Shown: piece by piece, positions 19,401-27,147 of the stretch
How positions within the stretch are numbered: the first letter of the stretch is position 1
How the letters are laid out: each line of letters starts with the position of its first letter
Notes under the pieces: generated by a model
What the model was told of the DNA's origin: nothing
Seen by the model: only the letters and a program-made list of their open reading frames with translations
The model's database searches: none
Program-made: the position numbers and the translations under genes
Assembly: GCA_051251855.1 (NCBI GenBank)
Contig: JBPOGI010000001.1
Span: 288,001-352,000 of the forward strand
Length of the DNA stretch: 64,000 nt
DNA from: Roseibacillus sp.
Lineage (GTDB): Bacteria > Verrucomicrobiota > Verrucomicrobiia > Verrucomicrobiales > Akkermansiaceae
Reading direction: 5' to 3'

Positions 19401-20953
19401 CAAGCGACAATGACCTTTCGGGGACCATCGATGTGGTGTCAGCACCCAACTGGATAGGTGGAGATCCAATGTTGCAAGTCCTCGGAGATTACGGTGGGCC
19501 GACTGAGACCATGCCTCCGCTCTTCGGTTCGCCGGTCATCGACCAAGGAGATATTCTTTCCACTCCTCCTGTAACCACATCCTTCGATCAGCGTTTGCTT
19601 TCAAGGCCGAGTGGATTTGGTTCTGACCTCGGGGCCACCGAGCTTGAGATGACGGTGGTGAATACCTTCATTGATGAGAACGATGGCATCGAGGTAGGCG
19701 ATGTCTCTTTGCGGGACGCAGTTGCAGCAGGCTCGAAAAACATCACTTTTGAACCTTATTTGGCGGATGAAACAATTACTCTAATCAACGGACCTATCCT
19801 TGTTTCAGGATCAGTCGATATCACAACAGGTTTCGTTGATGATAGCATCACGATTGATGGCGATGGAATGTCTCGGCTCTTTGAATTAAGTGCAGGCGAT
19901 TCCTTAGGTCTTACCGGCTTCACTCTCACAGGCGGACAAAGCCCTAACGCGGGAGGGGGTGCGATTCTGGCGGATGGTGCTGAGCTCAATCTGCTGAACT
20001 GCACGCTGCACGGAAACAGTGCGGGGGTTGGCGGAGCGATTCTAAATACGGGAAGCGTGGTGAGGCTGACCAACTGCACGCTGAGTGATAACCAAGTGAG
20101 CGGCTCAGGGGGAGCTATCTACTGCGGCAACGCTGGGGAAGTCACCGTTCTCAATCACTGCACCGTGACTCGCAATACCGCGACGAACTTTGGTGGGGGA
20201 ATCGACCCACGTGGTGACTTCACCATCATTAATAGTATCGTGGCAGGGAATACTGCGCCAGCAGGGCAAGGACCGAATATTACAGGATTTGTCCCCGTGA
20301 CCTTTCTTGGAGGTAACGTCACAACTGGCAGCCCGCTGCTGGCGCCTTTAGGTGATTACGGTGGTGCAACGCCAGTTCGGCCTTTGCTGCCGGGTTCTCC
20401 TGCCTTGGAGGCGGGTGTCTTACTTTCTAACACGCCGCAGATTGATCAGTTGGGTTACCGGCGTCCCTTTGGTGCTCTGCCTGATATTGGGGCGGTTGAG
20501 AGCTTCTTCATCAATGACGAGCTCTTCTCCGAAGACTTACTGATAGATTCAGATCTTGATGGGATTGCCGACATCCTCGAGGGGTCTGATGGCGCTTACT
20601 CACACCTTGTGGTTGGAGCCGACGACTCGGCCCGAGACAGCGATAGTGACGGGGTGACTGACCGCGAAGAAATTCTCGCGGCGACCGATCTGTTTGACGC
20701 AGGTGACCAATTAGAAGTGGTGAGCTTGGTGAATCTCGGAATTGATAGCGCCACGGGCAAGCGACGGTTGAGCGTGACATGGCGGGCAGTGCCGGGGGCG
20801 TATTACGAGATCATCTCTGATCGCAGTCTGGGCACGGAAGCTATTTTTGAAGTGCAGGAAGGCTACACCGGAACCTCGAGCTTGCTTACCGTGGAAGTGC
20901 TCCTTTCTCCCGAGAAAGACTTCATCCAGATCGGTCGTGTGGCGGCACCGTAA
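13469..20953 (+). CDS. Giant secreted repeat protein (Gly-rich region plus five beta-helix/choice-of-anchor-Q-like modules), putative adhesin or surface protein
   Basis: Signal peptide, long Gly-rich tract, five SLREA/SLRDA (CSLREA-like) module starts, GGAI..N repeats, five DQ(R/L)x...DxGAxE ends, and C-terminal DSDLDG/DSDSDG Ca-binding-like repeats. Confidence 0.85.
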   Translation: MKFSRFRPLLFSFFASMGLLPATDYIFITNQGYVGVQSGQFIQPVSTVEGLAPTFSVGSDGAREYSFDGDLIFESNDSIVFRTLGSSGIDRPVRIIATGNIVIPDGMVVDASAFGLAGIAGGGDGGRGSGTGGAGGDGGNALSGASGGDGGLADSPRTGKSGKVRTEKKLNNSTRGGDGEGGLFNSGGVGFNNAAESDTSQTSFSLGGSGGRQRVTSSGGTGGAPGRGTSDDGGDGGKGRDGIDGVTGGNRFRDSDGRAGRNGTRGTQRSSGTSLAGGNGGNSGSGGAGGGGGSGGGGGAGGGGGGAGDSGFLGVASGGNGGVGGPGGDGADGVAGKEGRDGGSGGGGGGAFEIVARGSLTLGGDLLARGGQGGTANTSVNINTGTASPPEPGDTGEAGQVVSGGGNGGHGGPGGSGGKGGPGADGGGGGHGAGGAGGTIKLSSNSLNVQRTANIDLAGGVGGGNTTSKAPNGGAGRLVISSLSTSVTNLAQVVNTSTVVIDRTGEKAANAFDVSGLGEVPVVANFEGGAATSGILEDYSATEFLANNTYLTVPSDADVLISRRSVDSPQLVRYPGYDWILILNLTNAPLVDVNFVVGRTSNPLDIPIIGVDEIYAMLVPAGTTQYAASYIPNGGSNLTEAFSDSYQVTDTVALAPLPPDVFVVDTLADELDSPAGVTLSLREAIRDADVGDVIKFSSSVFDDQDDAIALTSELEIAKDLTIDASALRYGVTLDGGGVTRILKVTPNGNVELESIHFMDGFFATGSDGGGAIDNLGTVVTRRCSFSQNSSNFGGAIDNDGTFTGINCTFTDNSASTSGSVIFNNGGGFLTLTYCSLSGNLMSNTSAALIASGNETISNTIIAFNTNGSGSTEANVSGVIDTLLGTNILTGDPMLELSIPGSAQTPALLPLSGSPAIDMATGSTELLDQRGVSRPTAGLDIGAVEALKDPVVNRLEDTDNLPSSLLSLREALRFAADGSTITFDAALSGGSILMEAGQMEIKGEYTLDASGLPKGLVLDGQDRASLFKVFGAGSLTLDSLTMTGGVDSALENEGSLTIQGCTLHDNAGESGGAVRNTGTLEITNSTLANNSAGAGGAIHTSGSAASHSLTMESVTVTGNTATDASGFGGGGLVRTGGDFDIGNTIVAGNTSATGSAHDIQNLNGGVINETWPNILDIRDPMLGELADHGGPTPTVIPQLTMLPARQPVFSPAVNWGLGGPVTDQRGIARFGRRDIGATELRYREVTTPSDENGEGPTQLSLREALTHSDGSDVIYFDSNFTPLPVSLVHGPLEIAQPIEIYTQEPVYINGNGGRIFEVTPEGRLNLTGLNLIGSGPSLHGIGINFGVEGNADELALSEMAGVLPTSNWNHVNVGLAGTRAITIPPTELRDERGMLNGATIELSATLSYVDSSGAGTSTSNRKLMDGYLSWDPIDGTAPEDTGFINIAGLPTQVVAPTYDVIVYFDSNVNDRTFEITLEDELGSVTLSGSDSTTFDGTFKNAAANSLDANFVVFEGQTRSDFTITLNSDIGRAAINGIQILPQDRVSVATTLQGGALYNEGVTSLTRCSLYDNVAEIGAGIYNLGHLSLDQVTISENYTTGLDSAAAIANFGMLKMIHTTVSGNTSLGSHGGVFNYSDSSQAEVRNSIVAGNSGTNYGEVSLATSTILESVVDQATVGEIDAMLLPLGSYTGGTLTMPPVPGSPALNLSEIVFEGRDQRGLPRTSGVGSDAGAVEFQTFVVNTAEDIRSADVSVYDFDNLSLRDAIFGVRDVSPAEGVVTFDPNVFNGEPEDVITWSGTNQITIFFVGDIRIDASAIAEGVTLSGLRFNADFGKKVELENLTISDTTTGLRIQNSGVAPADVTLVNCTFKNCTSTAITHGKGVIRLEGCTLSDNTAVDGSGGIEVDGPLAQLFLTNCTLAGNQSTGASATGGAIDLKDGLVILNHVTVVGNSSTGAGGGISKNGGQLFAANSIIAQNSAASDNDLSGTIDVVSAPNWIGGDPMLQVLGDYGGPTETMPPLFGSPVIDQGDILSTPPVTTSFDQRLLSRPSGFGSDLGATELEMTVVNTFIDENDGIEVGDVSLRDAVAAGSKNITFEPYLADETITLINGPILVSGSVDITTGFVDDSITIDGDGMSRLFELSAGDSLGLTGFTLTGGQSPNAGGGAILADGAELNLLNCTLHGNSAGVGGAILNTGSVVRLTNCTLSDNQVSGSGGAIYCGNAGEVTVLNHCTVTRNTATNFGGGIDPRGDFTIINSIVAGNTAPAGQGPNITGFVPVTFLGGNVTTGSPLLAPLGDYGGATPVRPLLPGSPALEAGVLLSNTPQIDQLGYRRPFGALPDIGAVESFFINDELFSEDLLIDSDLDGIADILEGSDGAYSHLVVGADDSARDSDSDGVTDREEILAATDLFDAGDQLEVVSLVNLGIDSATGKRRLSVTWRAVPGAYYEIISDRSLGTEAIFEVQEGYTGTSSLLTVEVLLSPEKDFIQIGRVAAP

Positions 20954-21001
20954 GGATGAAAGAAGCTAAGTCCCGGGCTCGAGTCGTTTCTAGAACTAAG
21001 C

Positions 21002-21352
21002 TCAGAGGGATTGGACAAACGAGATGATCCAAGAAAGGAGAGAGCCAATCGCGATGACGAGAAGGACGAAGAGGGCGGTGGAGCGTGCTTGGTAGCGGTG
21101 CTCGTTGCGGATTTCTCCTTTGGAAAGGTGGGCGTTGAAGCGTTTGGCGCGCTGGCGGTCTTCCCAATCGTCAGGAGGAGGCATCAAGGTGCGGCTTTCT
21201 TCATACTCGCGACGTATGCGATCAGGAGCAGTCGAAATCATGTCCTCCATCTTGGCGATCTGCTCGGCCACAGCTCGCTCTTGGGCGGCGAGTGCTGATA
21301 GTTCGGAAGCTACGATGGTAGGCTCCTTCTTTTTCTTTTTGAGAACAAGCAT
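21002..21352 (-). CDS. Hypothetical coiled-coil protein with C-terminal TM helix
   Basis: Charged helical body and terminal hydrophobic segment ALFVLLVIAIGSLLSWII; 15 nt downstream of the co-oriented gene. Confidence 0.7.
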   Translation of the reverse strand: MLVLKKKKKEPTIVASELSALAAQERAVAEQIAKMEDMISTAPDRIRREYEESRTLMPPPDDWEDRQRAKRFNAHLSKGEIRNEHRYQARSTALFVLLVIAIGSLLSWIISFVQSL

Positions 21353-21367
21353 GGCGGGAAAGAGGTT

Positions 21368-21955
21368 CTATTTGCCCAGATAGATGAGCAAGGCGATCAC
21401 CGAGATGACGATGATGGGTAGGTTGAAAGCAAAGCCTTGGCGCAGAGTGGTCGAGAAGGATTCTTGGGTGGTCTTTGGCTTGGAAAGGAAGCCGCGACGA
21501 CGGCCTTCACCAATTTCTGAGGCTACTTCCTCGAAGTCGTTCTCACAGGCTTCAAGGGTATCCATCGCGTTTTGGACTTCCTCAGGCATTTTGGTCTTCT
21601 TCCACTTACGTGGGTCAATGTTCTGGAGAGTTTGGAGATGGGTGGCGAAGGTTTTGCGTGCTTCTTCGAGCTGTTTGAGTTCTTGGCGAGATTCAAAAAT
21701 TTCGCGGTCAACGGCTTGGACAGAGTGGTCGAGGCGCTCAAGGAGTTCAATCTGGCCGTCGATAAAGTCTTGGCGTTGGTTGGTGATTTCCTCGGCTTCG
21801 AGACGTTTGCGCTCGATTTCCTCGCGCTGGAGCTGCAATTTCTGCAACTGAGTCTCGGCTTGTTGAAGCTGGCGGTTGTACTCATCTCCAGTTCCTGCTG
21901 CGAGAGCCTTGGAGCCGGAAGCGACATTGAGGTGTTGTTTGCGAGGGGCGGACAT
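21368..21955 (-). CDS. Hypothetical coiled-coil protein with C-terminal TM helix
   Basis: Q/E/L-rich heptad pattern over about 130 aa; terminal FNLPIIVISVIALLIYLGK. Confidence 0.75.
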   Translation of the reverse strand: MSAPRKQHLNVASGSKALAAGTGDEYNRQLQQAETQLQKLQLQREEIERKRLEAEEITNQRQDFIDGQIELLERLDHSVQAVDREIFESRQELKQLEEARKTFATHLQTLQNIDPRKWKKTKMPEEVQNAMDTLEACENDFEEVASEIGEGRRRGFLSKPKTTQESFSTTLRQGFAFNLPIIVISVIALLIYLGK

Positions 21956-22148
21956 GACAAAAATCTAGGAAAGGTTACAAAACTGACAAAGTTTTGGCTA
22001 CTAGAATATTAAGATAGTTTAAGTTTTTTAAAGTGAACTCTTTTCTACTATTTTTTGCATGAGAAAAAGGGGGGGGGAGGAGCTGATTTTCTTCTGTGAT
22101 TAGTCGAGTCTGTTCTTTTTTAGACAAACTGCTAGAGGTCGAGGCGCT

Positions 22149-22742
22149 GTGGATAATGACGAGTCAAAAAATGTGATTGCAGCAAAAGCACAGGAAGTCG
22201 AGGCGTTGTCTCTCGACTGGCAAGGATGGTTACGGGTCAATGGTCCGCGGCTACTGCTGTTTGCGCGGCAGCAGACCCGCAATGGCCAGGATGCGGAGGA
22301 CGCCATGCAAGATGCGTTGGTGAAGTTGGCGAAAAAGGTGAATGAGGGGACCTTCGTAGGGGGGCAGGAGGCTTGGAAGCCGTTTCTCTATACTCAAATT
22401 AGGCGGGAGGCGATTGATCGTGGTCGAAAGGATGATCGACGTCGAAAGCGTGAAGAGCATGTGGTGGATGATGCCAAGGGGCTCACAACGGTGGAGAGCG
22501 GGAACTGGTTTTTGGATAGTAACGCGGATGGAGAGCAGGCAGAGCTCGTAGAGCAGGCTTTGAAGGAGCTGCCGCCAAAGTTTGCGGAGGTGATTGTGAT
22601 GAAGGTTTGGGGAGACCGAACTTTCGATGATATTGGGAAGGCTCTAGACATTTCTTTGCACACTGCGGCCTCGCGGTATCGCTATGGATTAGAGGCCCTC
22701 AGAAAGAAACTTGCAGCCGCCCGTATTCGGGGGGATATTTAA
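22149..22742 (+). CDS. ECF RNA polymerase sigma-70 factor
   Basis: Region 2 DAEDAMQDALVKL; region 4 LKELPPKFAEVIVMKVWGDRTFDDIGKALDISLHTAASRYRYG. Confidence 0.92.
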   Translation: MDNDESKNVIAAKAQEVEALSLDWQGWLRVNGPRLLLFARQQTRNGQDAEDAMQDALVKLAKKVNEGTFVGGQEAWKPFLYTQIRREAIDRGRKDDRRRKREEHVVDDAKGLTTVESGNWFLDSNADGEQAELVEQALKELPPKFAEVIVMKVWGDRTFDDIGKALDISLHTAASRYRYGLEALRKKLAAARIRGDI

Positions 22743-23293
22743 TGAGCCAAAATACAATGGATTCAGAATTGAAACAGTTGGAAGAAGAGCTTCGCGGATT
22801 TTCGCCGAGCCCGATGTCAGGGGAGGTGTTATCGCGCATGGTAGAGGCAATGGACAGGTGGGAGGAGGCCGAGGATCCGGTCGAGGCTGTGAGTGATAGC
22901 GGAAAGGTGGTCGCCTTTCCTGCTGAGAAAAAGAGCCGTTCCAGTTGGGGGCCTATGTGGGCAGCGGCAGCGGCGGTTGCTATTCTGGGCGCAGCGATGG
23001 GAGTCATTCTGCCGGACAACGGGGGTGCAAATCAGATTGCTGCCATCCAGGGGTTAGGGCCAGTTCCGGTGCTGCGACATGCTTCACTCGTGCCAGTGAA
23101 TGTGAAACGGAACGTAAGCTCGATGGATGCGGGGAAGGTTTCGAATAAGGATGGTCTCGAGTATCAAGTGATTCGAGTGATTAGGCAGGAAGAGGTGGAC
23201 TTTCGAGGAGTGGACTTCGAAGGGTCGGATAATGTGGGATTGAAGATAACGCGGCCCAAGGTCGATTATTACGTTAGCCCCGTCTCTTACTAA
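22742..23293 (+). CDS. Putative single-pass anti-sigma factor
   Basis: Start overlaps the ECF gene stop; N-terminal LEEELRGFSPSP, central WAAAAAVAILG TM helix, periplasmic tail. Confidence 0.7.
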   Translation: MSQNTMDSELKQLEEELRGFSPSPMSGEVLSRMVEAMDRWEEAEDPVEAVSDSGKVVAFPAEKKSRSSWGPMWAAAAAVAILGAAMGVILPDNGGANQIAAIQGLGPVPVLRHASLVPVNVKRNVSSMDAGKVSNKDGLEYQVIRVIRQEEVDFRGVDFEGSDNVGLKITRPKVDYYVSPVSY

Positions 23294-23356
23294 AGTGCTC
23301 TTGGAAGACTGGAAACTTTAGACAAAAAGCGAATTGTTAGTCGCTTCTTTCACACA

Positions 23357-24346
23357 ATGAAAATTATGAAAAATAGCAGAAATGGGGTTTGTCGTTCCGT
23401 TTTGTTTTTGGGCTTGGTCGCTGCGCCCGTGGTGTTCGCAGTGGAGCGTCCGGGCGAGTTAGATGAGAAGCCTCATCAATTGAAGAGCAAGTCGGCTCAG
23501 ATTGTTCCTTTAGATGAAGAGGTCGCTCAGGAGTGGCCGGTGGAGAGAAGAGCGGTGGTAGAAGTTGTTCCTGGCAAAGAGGGTGCAGGTGCGGTGGTTC
23601 CTTACCTTGGGGTGGGAAGTACTGTCGTTGATGAGTTGCTTTCGGGCCACCTTGGTATTGAGCACGGGGTGGTGGTGCAACAAGTTCATCAGGGCAGTGG
23701 AGCAGCAAAGGCTGGACTACAGAAGAATGATATTTTGCTCAATTTTGATGGGCGCAAGATTGCCTCTCCGCTGGACCTGCGAGATGCCGTTCAGAATTGC
23801 CAAGTGGGTGATGAAGTCGCGGTAGACATCATTCGTAAGGGGCAGAAACGAGAAGAAGTGGTCTTGCTGGAGGAACGCCCAGAAGGATTACCTGGCTTCG
23901 TGCCTCCTGGTCGTCGTGGCATGGGTCAATTGCGGCAGGTCTGGCCTGGGGCAGATGAGTTGCCTGAGGGTGCTCGTGAGCAAATGGACCGTTTGCGAAA
24001 CATGATAGATGAGGAGTTCAACGGGATTGGTCTTGGCCTGAAGTTGAATGAGGTGTTGCGGGGAGATCTTCCCGACGGTGATGGTCAAATGGACCTCGAT
24101 ATGAACGCCGAAAGCTCTGTGACATGGTCCGATGGACATGGCACGATCACAATGAAAATGAAAGACGGTCAGACTGAGGTTCTTGTGCGCGATAACAACG
24201 GAGACATTGTTTACGACGGTCCTTGGGAGACGGCTCAAGATAAAGGTGCTGTTGATCCTGAGGTGCGTGAGCGCATTGAGAGTATGGGCGTCAAAAAGCA
24301 GGGCAATCAGCTCAAGTTCTGGATGGAAGGTCTTCCGGGACGTTAG
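23357..24346 (+). CDS. Secreted PDZ-domain protein
   Basis: Signal peptide; DegP-type PDZ (PYLGVG...GVVVQQVHQGSGAAKAGLQKNDILLNFDG...VGDEVAVDIIRKG); no trypsin catalytic motif seen. Confidence 0.85.
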   Translation: MKIMKNSRNGVCRSVLFLGLVAAPVVFAVERPGELDEKPHQLKSKSAQIVPLDEEVAQEWPVERRAVVEVVPGKEGAGAVVPYLGVGSTVVDELLSGHLGIEHGVVVQQVHQGSGAAKAGLQKNDILLNFDGRKIASPLDLRDAVQNCQVGDEVAVDIIRKGQKREEVVLLEERPEGLPGFVPPGRRGMGQLRQVWPGADELPEGAREQMDRLRNMIDEEFNGIGLGLKLNEVLRGDLPDGDGQMDLDMNAESSVTWSDGHGTITMKMKDGQTEVLVRDNNGDIVYDGPWETAQDKGAVDPEVRERIESMGVKKQGNQLKFWMEGLPGR

Positions 24347-24373
24347 ACGAACCTCCCTATTAAATTTTAGAGT

Positions 24374-24408
24374 GAGCCTGTGGTGAGTGATTCATCGCAG
24401 GCTTTTTT
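24374..24408 (+). terminator. Rho-independent terminator
   Basis: Stem GAGCCTGTGGTGA / TCATCGCAGGCTT (with G-U pairs) followed by a T run, after the PDZ gene. Confidence 0.8.
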
Positions 24409-24630
24409 GTGTCTCTATGGAATGAGCTGGCACCTTCGAAATTGCGGCGAGTCGACTTCTTGGGTGGGAGCAATTTTTCCATCGGTAGGTCAAGGCGGCC
24501 CCGTCGCGCTGTGGTTTTCTGGTAAAAGAGGCGCGGATTTTTCTAGTGGGTGAAAAAACTTGTTAGGACGACATAGCTGACCCCTTTCTCTCTCGTTCTT
24601 ATACCATTTGAGCAGTTAAATCGGTGTAAT

Positions 24631-24812
24631 GGTCGGAGTCAGGTTTTCCAAGACCGAGGCGCGCCGAGGGAGGAGTGCGAGTGGTATGCCCCTTGGGTGC
24701 ACTCTGACCGAGAAACGAGCGGAGCGAGATAGCTTGCCTGCCAAGGCAACCCGAAGGGTGCGACCGGGGGGGAGCAGCAAGCAACGCCGGTATTGGGAAA
24801 CTTGGCCCGACT
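24631..24812. repeat. Long imperfect palindromic intergenic element (REP/MITE-like)
   Basis: Arms GGTCGGAGTCAGGTTTTCCAAGACCG (24631-24656) and CGGTATTGGGAAACTTGGCCCGACT (24788-24812) are reverse-complementary allowing G-U pairs, and enclose smaller hairpins. Confidence 0.65.
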
Positions 24813-25021
24813 TTCTGAGTGCTCGCGCAGCGCCTTTCTTAAAACCCAAAGTAAAACCATTACATCAATTTAACTGTGAGAATGGTATTAGCTGCGGGGG
24901 AGCGGGTTTGAACTTATTGGAAAGGAGGGAGGGTTTTGCAATGAGTGAATTGGGCGCGGCGGGCTTGCCACGACCCTACCGTTATATTGACTGCTGAAGC
25001 CCAAATTAAGGTCGAGCGAGA

Positions 25022-26281
25022 CTACTCAGACCCAGGAGCGAAGGTGATTTTGACACCTTTGGATTTCCAGCCTTTGGAAATATCTTCGGCCATCTCGGCG
25101 TAGGTACGACCTTGCTTGAGAGCTTCGAGGGCCTCTTCCCCTTTCTTTCCCTCGCGGAGAGCTTTGAGGAAGGCGGTGATCGCAACGCGGTCGCCGTTGC
25201 CCTCCATCTCGAAGAAGTAGGTGGTGATGAGAAGGCCAAGGCCATAGTTGAAGTTGGAGTTTCCAGTAAAAGAGGAATAGGACTGCAACATATAGGTCTT
25301 GAGGTCGGGGGCGTTGATATCGTCACCCAGGGCGCGTCCTCCGTTCCCTTCGCGACCATATTCGGTGGCGTAATCCTTAGCGGCTCGCTCGGTCTTGGAA
25401 ACCATGAAGATGCCGGAGCGGTAAGGGGTAACCGCGACGTATTCTGCCAAGCCTTCTGAGAACCAGCCTCGGGCTCCAGGGGCGTAGTAGCAGGAGTCGG
25501 TGAGTTGGTGGGCGAGTTCGTGGGGAAGGGTCTTATTGCTCTCGCCATAATCAACGGTGTAGGAGGAACCCAATTTTTTCACTCCGAGTGAAGTGAGAGG
25601 AACCATCACGACGTTACCGCGAGCACCGCCACTCATGAATACTCCCGCCGACCCGGGAGGTCCTCCGTTTCGGAAATAGGTTTCTTTCGATTCAAAGAGA
25701 AGGATACGGTGGCGAAATTCGTCGCCGGTGAGGTGTGCTTTCTTGGTCGAGATCGGAAGCACGCGGCAGAGTTCGCGGGTGCCTTCGAACATGACAGCGA
25801 ATTTTTCCACCAAATGAGATTTGAGGGCGACATCGCAGATGAACTCGTAGTGGTCACTGTGATAAACATATCTCCGTTTTTCTTCGTCTTCTTCGGCCAA
25901 GACAACGGTGATGTCTTCTGGTGACTTGACGGTTTTGGGCCACTCATCGTCGAAGTTGTCGGGAATATCGTCCCCTTCGTTCTTTTTGTTTTTCGAGCGG
26001 CTAGGCTTTTTGGCATTAGTTTCGCTGAGAGTGGGATCGGGCTTGCCGCCGTTTTCGCGGAAGGCGTTGATGAATTCTTGGTCTTCTTCGTTGAGAGTGT
26101 TGAGTTTGACTGAACGGGAGTTCTTCTGACCTGTGAAATGAATGATGGCTTCAGTCTCGGTGGCGGAAATGAGTTCGCCCTCCGCGGTCTGGTCTTTGGT
26201 GTTGGTCCAAAGCCGGGGTTCGGCTGCCAGTTGGGCGAGGACAGTGAAAGACAGAATGGAGATTAGGGTTTTCCGGCTCAT
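25022..26281 (-). CDS. Secreted SHD1-like plus gluzincin-type metallopeptidase protein
   Basis: Signal peptide from ATG 26281 (MSRKTLISILSFTVLAQLAA), SHD1-like RLWTNTKDQTAEGEL...VKLNTLNEEDQEFI, and zinc motifs PHELAHQL and WFSEGLAEY. Confidence 0.8.
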   Translation of the reverse strand: MSRKTLISILSFTVLAQLAAEPRLWTNTKDQTAEGELISATETEAIIHFTGQKNSRSVKLNTLNEEDQEFINAFRENGGKPDPTLSETNAKKPSRSKNKKNEGDDIPDNFDDEWPKTVKSPEDITVVLAEEDEEKRRYVYHSDHYEFICDVALKSHLVEKFAVMFEGTRELCRVLPISTKKAHLTGDEFRHRILLFESKETYFRNGGPPGSAGVFMSGGARGNVVMVPLTSLGVKKLGSSYTVDYGESNKTLPHELAHQLTDSCYYAPGARGWFSEGLAEYVAVTPYRSGIFMVSKTERAAKDYATEYGREGNGGRALGDDINAPDLKTYMLQSYSSFTGNSNFNYGLGLLITTYFFEMEGNGDRVAITAFLKALREGKKGEEALEALKQGRTYAEMAEDISKGWKSKGVKITFAPGSE

Positions 26282-26403
26282 GGCGATATCTACCTTGTTA
26301 ACAAGGGACGTTTTTCTTGCCAGCACGAAAAAAGGAACCTTTTTGGCATTTTCTTCCAAGGAAAGTTCCCGAGGGGTGTCGTTAGCTATGAAAGGATGAT
26401 TAT

Positions 26404-26973
26404 ATGTCGAATTCGCCCTCCCAAAAAGTGATGCTCATTTCCGGTCATCCCGAGGGCGCCCCTTTGCCTGAGAAGCCTGCTATGCGGGAGGTTTTCGAGC
26501 AGGAAGAGGAAGGGCTGCTTCGGTTTGCCTTTGGTCTCTTGGGACGACGGGAAGTGGCTGAGGAAATTGTGCAGGAAGGGTTCTTGGCGCTGTTTGAGAA
26601 TTATGAAGAAGTTCAGAATCCGCGCGCGTGGCTCTATCGAGCGATTCGGAACAAGGCTTTTAACGAGATTCGAAAAAGGAAAAGGGAGGTGATTGATGAG
26701 CGGGCGGCCGAAGGGAAAGATGATGAAAGGGAAGCTCCGGACGAGGTGTTGGGACGAATGGAGGCGGCGGGGCAACTGCAGCTCTTGATGGCGGAACTGG
26801 CTCCGCGTGATGGCGAGTTGGTGCGGATGAAGTATTTCGAGGGTCTAGATTACAAGGAAATCGCGGCTCGTAGTAAGATGACGGTGGGGAATGTGGGCTA
26901 TCGCTTGCACCACGTTTTGAAGGGCCTGGCGGATGGCCTGCGCCGGGTCGGTGTGGAAGGGAGGCTGGGATGA
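26404..26973 (+). CDS. ECF RNA polymerase sigma-70 factor
   Basis: Region 2 AEEIVQEGFLAL...PRAWLYRAIRN; region 4 LVRMKYFEGLDYKEIAARSKMTVGNVGYRLH. Confidence 0.93.
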   Translation: MSNSPSQKVMLISGHPEGAPLPEKPAMREVFEQEEEGLLRFAFGLLGRREVAEEIVQEGFLALFENYEEVQNPRAWLYRAIRNKAFNEIRKRKREVIDERAAEGKDDEREAPDEVLGRMEAAGQLQLLMAELAPRDGELVRMKYFEGLDYKEIAARSKMTVGNVGYRLHHVLKGLADGLRRVGVEGRLG

Positions 26974-27036
26974 GAGCTTTTGAAAAACGAAAAACGAAAG
27001 ACTTAAAAACTAAAAGGGAGTCGGTTCGAAGGGGAC

Positions 27037-27116
27037 GTAGCGGAGTTGGTGACAACTCGGGCAGGGTTGACTCACTTAAACGCCCTTTCCGCCTGAATTG
27101 TGACCAATCCAGCTAC
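27037..27116. repeat. GTAG-type REP-like inverted repeat
   Basis: Arms GTAGCGGAGTTGGTGACAACTCGGGC (27037-27062) and GCCTGAATTGTGACCAATCCAGCTAC (27091-27116) form an imperfect inverted pair. Confidence 0.65.
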
Positions 27117-27147
27117 TTAGAACCTTTGACCCCAGCTCTAAACGACC

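Noticed and set aside
24416..24590. Possible decayed RAYT 5' fragment on the minus strand (KKSTRRNFEGASSFH)
   Set aside because: The resemblance covers only a few residues, with no HUH motif or continuing frame.
24599..24997. Four short ORFs over the palindromic element
   Set aside because: They overlap each other, have no motifs, and are better explained by a GC-rich repeat.
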